From assembly GCF_000027125.1 (NCBI RefSeq), contig NC_017626.1: a DNA stretch of 64,000 nucleotides, one strand, 5' to 3'. Positions 58,591 through 64,000 of this stretch are shown one piece after another. The position numbers and the translations under genes were made by a program. The first letter of the stretch is position 1. The number at the start of each line of letters is the position of its first letter. This stretch comes from Escherichia coli 042. GTDB taxonomy: Bacteria > Pseudomonadota > Gammaproteobacteria > Enterobacterales > Enterobacteriaceae. The notes below the pieces were generated by a model. It searched no databases. It saw only the letters and a list, made by a program, of their open reading frames with translations, and was not told the origin of the DNA.

Positions 58591-58946
58591 GGGTGTTATT
58601 TTTCAAAAATATCACTACCCGCAGCAGGGAAATAATTCCCACCAAATAGCTTTTTATCACGCAAATATTTTGTGGTGATCTACACTGACACTCTGTTGCA
58701 TTATTCGCCTGAAACCACAATATTCAGGCGTTTTTTCGCTATCTTTGACAAAAAATATCAACTTTTCTCGATTTGCTCTCAGCCCTTATATCATGGGAAA
58801 TTCCGGCGATTTGCTCACATCAATATTCATGCCACATTTGCCATCAGGGGTTGCCTCAGATTCTCAGTATGTTAGGGTAGAAAAAAGTGACTATTTCCAT
58901 TGGGTAATGTATCGACATAAACAAATAACAGGAATCTTTCTATTGC

Positions 58947-60149
58947 ATGGCAATTAAATTAGAAATTAAAAATCTTTATAAAATATTTGGTGAGCATCCA
59001 CAGCGAGCTTTCAAATATATCGAACAAGGACTTTCAAAAGAACAAATTCTGGAAAAAACTGGGCTATCGCTTGGCGTAAAAGACGCCAGTCTGGCCATTG
59101 AAGAAGGCGAGATATTTGTCATCATGGGATTATCCGGTTCGGGTAAATCCACAATGGTACGCCTTCTCAATCGCCTGATTGAACCCACCCGCGGGCAAGT
59201 GCTGATTGATGGTGTGGATATTGCCAAAATATCCGACGCCGAACTCCGTGAGGTGCGCAGAAAAAAGATTGCGATGGTCTTTCAGTCCTTTGCCTTAATG
59301 CCGCATATGACCGTGCTGGACAATACTGCATTCGGTATGGAATTGGCCGGAATTAATGCCGAAGAACGCCGGGAAAAAGCCCTTGATGCACTGCGTCAGG
59401 TCGGGCTGGAAAATTATGCCCACAGCTACCCGGATGAACTCTCTGGCGGGATGCGTCAACGTGTGGGATTAGCCCGCGCGTTAGCGATTAATCCGGATAT
59501 ATTATTAATGGACGAAGCCTTCTCAGCACTCGATCCATTAATTCGCACCGAGATGCAGGATGAGCTGGTAAAATTACAGGCGAAACATCAGCGCACCATT
59601 GTCTTTATTTCCCACGATCTCGATGAAGCTATGCGTATTGGCGACCGAATTGCCATTATGCAAAATGGTGAAGTGGTACAGGTCGGCACACCGGATGAAA
59701 TTCTCAATAATCCGGCGAATGATTATGTCCGTACCTTCTTCCGTGGCGTCGATATTAGTCAGGTATTCAGTGCGAAAGATATTGCTCGCCGGACACCGAA
59801 CGGCTTAATCCGTAAAACCCCCGGCTTCGGCCCGCGTTCGGCACTGAAATTATTGCAGGATGAAGATCGCGAATATGGCTACGTCATCGAACGCGGTAAT
59901 AAGTTTGTCGGCGCAGTGTCTATCGATTCGCTTAAAACCGCGTTAACGCAGCAGCAAGGTCTTGATGCGGCGCTGATTGATGCGCCGTTAGCGGTCGATG
60001 CACAAACGCCTCTTAGCGAGTTGCTCTCTCATGTCGGACAGGCCCCCTGTGCGGTGCCCGTGGTCGACGAGGACCAACAGTATGTCGGCATCATTTCGAA
60101 AGGAATGCTGCTGCGCGCTTTAGATCGTGAGGGGGTAAATAATGGCTGA
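58947..60149 (+). CDS. proV: glycine betaine/proline ABC transporter ATPase ProV
   Basis: 400 aa with Walker [10 protein letters not shown], signature [15 protein letters not shown] and C-terminal tandem CBS region. Confidence 0.97.
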   Translation: MAIKLEIKNLYKIFGEHPQRAFKYIEQGLSKEQILEKTGLSLGVKDASLAIEEGEIFVIMGLSGSGKSTMVRLLNRLIEPTRGQVLIDGVDIAKISDAELREVRRKKIAMVFQSFALMPHMTVLDNTAFGMELAGINAEERREKALDALRQVGLENYAHSYPDELSGGMRQRVGLARALAINPDILLMDEAFSALDPLIRTEMQDELVKLQAKHQRTIVFISHDLDEAMRIGDRIAIMQNGEVVQVGTPDEILNNPANDYVRTFFRGVDISQVFSAKDIARRTPNGLIRKTPGFGPRSALKLLQDEDREYGYVIERGNKFVGAVSIDSLKTALTQQQGLDAALIDAPLAVDAQTPLSELLSHVGQAPCAVPVVDEDQQYVGIISKGMLLRALDREGVNNG

Positions 60150-61206
60150 TCAAAATAATCCGTGGGATACCACGCCAGCGGCGGACAGTGCCGCACAGTC
60201 CGCAGACGCCTGGGGTACACCGGCTGCTGCACCGACTGACGGCGGTGGTGCTGACTGGCTGACCAGTACGCCTGCGCCAAACGTCGAGCATTTTAATATT
60301 CTCGATCCGTTCCATAAAACGCTGATCCCGCTCGACAGTTGGGTCACTGAAGGGATCGACTGGGTCGTTACCCATTTCCGTCCCGTCTTCCAGGGCGTGC
60401 GCGTTCCGGTTGATTATATCCTCAACGGTTTCCAGCAATTGCTGCTGGGTATGCCAGCGCCAGTGGCGATTATCGTTTTCGCTCTCATCGCCTGGCAGAT
60501 TTCCGGGGTCGGAATGGGCGTGGCGACGCTGGTTTCGCTGATTGCCATCGGCGCAATCGGTGCCTGGTCACAGGCAATGGTTACTCTGGCGCTGGTGCTA
60601 ACCGCCCTGCTGTTCTGTATCGTCATCGGTTTGCCGTTGGGGATCTGGCTGGCGAGAAGTCCACGAGCGGCGAAAATTATTCGTCCACTGCTTGATGCCA
60701 TGCAGACCACGCCAGCGTTTGTTTATCTGGTACCAATCGTCATGCTGTTTGGTATCGGTAACGTGCCGGGCGTAGTGGTGACGATCATCTTTGCTCTGCC
60801 GCCGATTATCCGTCTGACAATTCTGGGGATTAACCAGGTTCCGGCGGATCTGATTGAAGCCTCGCGCTCATTCGGTGCCAGCCCGCGCCAGATGCTGTTC
60901 AAAGTTCAGTTACCGCTGGCGATGCCGACCATTATGGCGGGCGTTAACCAGACGCTGATGCTGGCCCTTTCTATGGTGGTCATCGCCTCGATGATTGCAG
61001 TCGGCGGGCTGGGTCAGATGGTACTTCGCGGTATCGGTCGTCTGGATATGGGGCTTGCCACCGTTGGCGGCGTCGGGATTGTGATCCTCGCCATTATCCT
61101 CGACCGCCTGACGCAGGCCGTTGGGCGCGACTCACGCAGTCGCGGCAACCGTCGCTGGTACACCACTGGCCCTGTTGGTTTGCTGACCCGCCCATTCATT
61201 AAGTAA
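60142..61206 (+). CDS. proW: glycine betaine/proline ABC transporter permease ProW
   Basis: 354 aa polytopic permease. It overlaps the proV stop by 8 nt. Confidence 0.96.
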   Translation: MADQNNPWDTTPAADSAAQSADAWGTPAAAPTDGGGADWLTSTPAPNVEHFNILDPFHKTLIPLDSWVTEGIDWVVTHFRPVFQGVRVPVDYILNGFQQLLLGMPAPVAIIVFALIAWQISGVGMGVATLVSLIAIGAIGAWSQAMVTLALVLTALLFCIVIGLPLGIWLARSPRAAKIIRPLLDAMQTTPAFVYLVPIVMLFGIGNVPGVVVTIIFALPPIIRLTILGINQVPADLIEASRSFGASPRQMLFKVQLPLAMPTIMAGVNQTLMLALSMVVIASMIAVGGLGQMVLRGIGRLDMGLATVGGVGIVILAIILDRLTQAVGRDSRSRGNRRWYTTGPVGLLTRPFIK

Positions 61207-61263
61207 CTCTGCACTTGCCCGGTGACGCCGGGCATTATCACCCTGCCAAAAAAAGGAATAACA

Positions 61264-62256
61264 ATGCGACATAGCGTACTTTTTGCGACAGCGTTTGCCA
61301 CGCTTATCTCTACACAAACTTTTGCTGCCGATCTGCCGGGCAAAGGCATTACTGTTAATCCAGTTCAGAGCACCATCACTGAAGAAACCTTCCAGACGCT
61401 GCTGGTCAGTCGTGCACTGGAGAAATTAGGTTATACCGTCAATAAACCCAGCGAAGTGGATTACAACGTTGGCTACACCTCGCTTGCTTCCGGCGATGCA
61501 ACCTTCACCGCCGTGAACTGGACGCCGCTGCATGACAACATGTACGAAGCTGCCGGTGGCGATAAGAAATTTTATCGTGAAGGAGTATTTGTTAACGGCG
61601 CGGCACAGGGTTACCTGATCGATAAGAAAACTGCCGACCAGTACAAAATCACCAACATCGCGCAACTGAAAGATCCGAAGATCGCCAAACTGTTCGATAC
61701 CAACGGCGACGGTAAAGCGGATTTGACTGGCTGTAACCCTGGCTGGGGCTGCGAAGGTGCGATCAACCACCAGCTTGCCGCGTATGGACTGACCAATACC
61801 GTGACGCATAATCAGGGGAACTACGCAGCGATGATGGCTGACACCATCAGTCGTTACAAAGAGGGTAAGCCGGTGTTTTACTACACCTGGACGCCGTACT
61901 GGGTGAGTAACGAACTGAAACCGGGGAAAGATGTGGTCTGGTTGCAGGTGCCGTTCTCCGCACTGCCGGGCGATAAAAATGCCGATACCAAACTGCCGAA
62001 TGGCGCGAATTACGGCTTCCCGGTCAGTACCATGCATATCGTTGCCAACAAAGCCTGGGCCGAGAAAAACCCGGCAGCAGCGAAACTGTTTGCCATTATG
62101 CAGTTACCAGTGGCAGATATTAACGCCCAGAACGCCATTATGCATGACGGCAAAGCCTCAGAAGGCGATATTCAGGGCCACGTTGATGGCTGGATCAAAG
62201 CCCACCAGCAGCAGTTCGATGGCTGGGTGAATGAGGCGCTGGCAGCGCAGAAGTAA
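61264..62256 (+). CDS. proX: periplasmic glycine betaine-binding protein ProX
   Basis: 330 aa from ATG 61264 ([21 protein letters not shown]|ADLPGKG...). The track start 61222 lies upstream of the signal peptide. Confidence 0.96.
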   Translation: MRHSVLFATAFATLISTQTFAADLPGKGITVNPVQSTITEETFQTLLVSRALEKLGYTVNKPSEVDYNVGYTSLASGDATFTAVNWTPLHDNMYEAAGGDKKFYREGVFVNGAAQGYLIDKKTADQYKITNIAQLKDPKIAKLFDTNGDGKADLTGCNPGWGCEGAINHQLAAYGLTNTVTHNQGNYAAMMADTISRYKEGKPVFYYTWTPYWVSNELKPGKDVVWLQVPFSALPGDKNADTKLPNGANYGFPVSTMHIVANKAWAEKNPAAAKLFAIMQLPVADINAQNAIMHDGKASEGDIQGHVDGWIKAHQQQFDGWVNEALAAQK

Positions 62257-62708
62257 ATATTGATAACCGCGCAGATAATGCTCATGTGAGTAAAACAATT
62301 GCAGCGATGGTTTTAATCCGGCTGAAAATCGATGAGACGTTTTCTGAAGGCCGGGGCGACGCGCAGGGATGCGCGGCGAGGGCGCGTCTTACAGGGATGT
62401 TACCTCGCGCCCGTACCCGATAGCCGTAAGAAATAAGTCGAATGTACCGCGTAGCGGCGATTTTGTGCCAAAAGCCTGGGTCGCCAGGGCGGTGGCGACT
62501 GAGCCACCCTGGCACGTTCACCAGCAAAATAGTGACAAAGTAGCTATAATCTGGAAGTGAACGTAACATTTGCCTTAGTGGCATATTTCACCTTCAAATA
62601 CCCTCTCCCCATTACCCGCACATTTTAACAATCTATCTTTCGCCCCATATTCATAAACATCCGCTATTATTGATTCCCAGCTTAATCATCACCTGATGAA
62701 CAAAAATA

Positions 62709-63893
62709 ATGACTAAAACAAACCATGAGCTTAGCCCGGCGCTGATCGTGCTGATGTCTATCGCCACCGGTCTGGCGGTAGCCAGTAACTATTACGCCCA
62801 GCCATTACTCGACACCATCGCGCGTAACTTTTCCCTTTCCGCCAGTTCGGCGGGCTTTATTGTTACCGCCGCGCAGTTGGGCTATGCCGCAGGTCTGCTG
62901 TTTCTTGTTCCCCTCGGTGATATGTTTGAACGCCGCCGCCTGATTGTCTCGATGACCTTACTGGCAGCGGGCGGTATGTTAATCACTGCCAGCAGTCAGT
63001 CACTGGCGATGATGATCCTCGGTACGGCATTGACCGGTTTATTCTCGGTCGTGGCACAAATTCTGGTTCCGCTGGCAGCGACGCTGGCTTCACCAGACAA
63101 ACGCGGCAAAGTGGTCGGCACCATTATGAGCGGGCTGCTGTTGGGGATCTTGCTGGCACGAACCGTTGCCGGGTTGCTGGCAAACCTCGGCGGCTGGCGC
63201 ACCGTCTTTTGGGTTGCCTCGGTGTTAATGGCACTGATGGCGCTGGCATTATGGCGTGGTCTGCCACAAATGAAATCAGAAACCCACCTCAACTACCCAC
63301 AGTTGCTTGGTTCCGTTTTCAGCATGTTTATCAGCGATAAAATTCTGCGCACCCGCGCGTTGCTGGGCTGCCTGACCTTTGCCAACTTCAGCATTCTCTG
63401 GACCTCAATGGCCTTTTTGCTTGCCGCTCCACCTTTTAACTACAGCGATGGTGTAATTGGTCTGTTTGGACTTGCGGGAGCTGCCGGAGCGTTGGGTGCT
63501 CGTCCGGCGGGCGGTTTTGCCGATAAGGGTAAATCGCACCACACCACTACTTTCGGTCTGCTGCTGCTATTACTTTCATGGCTGGCGATCTGGTTTGGCC
63601 ACACTTCCGTACTGGCGTTGATTATCGGCATCCTGGTGCTGGATCTCACCGTGCAGGGCGTGCATATCACTAACCAGACGGTAATTTATCGAATACACCC
63701 TGATGCGCGTAATCGCCTGACCGCAGGTTACATGACCAGCTACTTTATTGGCGGTGCCGCCGGTTCGCTAATTTCAGCCTCAGCCTGGCAACATGGCGGT
63801 TGGGCTGGCGTTTGTCTGGCTGGCGCGACGATTGCCCTGGTTAACTTACTGGTCTGGTGGCGAGGTTTTCATCGTCAGGAAGCTGCAAATTAA
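62709..63893 (+). CDS. ygaY: MFS transporter, intact YgaY
   Basis: 394 aa, 12-TM MFS (…LGDMFERRRLI… motif A-like). It occupies the position after proX where K-12 has the ygaX/ygaY pseudogene. Confidence 0.8.
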   Translation: MTKTNHELSPALIVLMSIATGLAVASNYYAQPLLDTIARNFSLSASSAGFIVTAAQLGYAAGLLFLVPLGDMFERRRLIVSMTLLAAGGMLITASSQSLAMMILGTALTGLFSVVAQILVPLAATLASPDKRGKVVGTIMSGLLLGILLARTVAGLLANLGGWRTVFWVASVLMALMALALWRGLPQMKSETHLNYPQLLGSVFSMFISDKILRTRALLGCLTFANFSILWTSMAFLLAAPPFNYSDGVIGLFGLAGAAGALGARPAGGFADKGKSHHTTTFGLLLLLLSWLAIWFGHTSVLALIIGILVLDLTVQGVHITNQTVIYRIHPDARNRLTAGYMTSYFIGGAAGSLISASAWQHGGWAGVCLAGATIALVNLLVWWRGFHRQEAAN

Positions 63894-64000
63894 GCAATCA
63901 GCAACCGTTTTCGTGGCTTTACACTTATAAGGGTGTTAAGAAGCCCATCAGTCTGATAAGGTTAAGATATTCATTCAGTCTATTTATAATATTAACAATC

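Noticed and set aside
62282-62584. 100-aa minus-strand ORF between proX and ygaY
   Set aside because: Arg/Pro-rich translation of a GC-rich palindromic element. No start context. Treated as non-coding (see finding).

Overview
Escherichia coli chromosomal window. The core backbone is recognised by protein sequence and synteny. On the left it runs recN(partial)-bamE-ratB-ratA-smpB-ssrA(tmRNA). On the right it runs ileY-ygaQ-csiD/glaH-lhgO-gabD-gabT-gabP-csiR-kbp(ygaU)-yqaE-ygaV-ygaP-stpA-alaE-ygaC-ygaM-[MocR-type regulator + AhpD/CMD-like gene]-nrdHIEF-proVWX-ygaY. About 34 kb of accessory, visibly AT-rich DNA lies between the 3' end of ssrA (3746) and the 3' end of ileY (37995), where K-12 carries the CP4-57 prophage. 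In order it contains: (i) a P4-type integrase; (ii) an integrase-proximal islet with a DUF3644-like protein and a divergent type II methyltransferase/PD-ExK nuclease pair; (iii) a plasmid-like block (about 9.2-26.4 kb); (iv) an AlpA-led array of small acidic ORFs ending in a truncated H-NS (H-NST-like) gene; (v) the YpjA-type autotransporter, pinH/IS3 debris and a gene next to ileY split by a nonsense codon. The plasmid-like block holds a MOBQ-type relaxase, a TraD-like accessory gene and a hairpin-rich oriT-like region. It also holds an H-NS paralogue, a lipoprotein/membrane operon behind a GATC-rich palindrome array, and an orphan DotA/TraY-like membrane protein with two secreted partners. 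Two divergent RepL-like genes, each with its own roughly 21-bp iteron array, complete it. The most interesting signal, in my view, is that block (iii) looks like an integrated mobilisable replicon. A 74-bp twin-hairpin element is duplicated 15.3 kb apart around the relaxase, the candidate exclusion operon and the lone T4BSS TraY homologue. No other type IV secretion genes are visible. All family assignments come from reading motifs and from memory. No alignments, database searches or GC statistics were computed.
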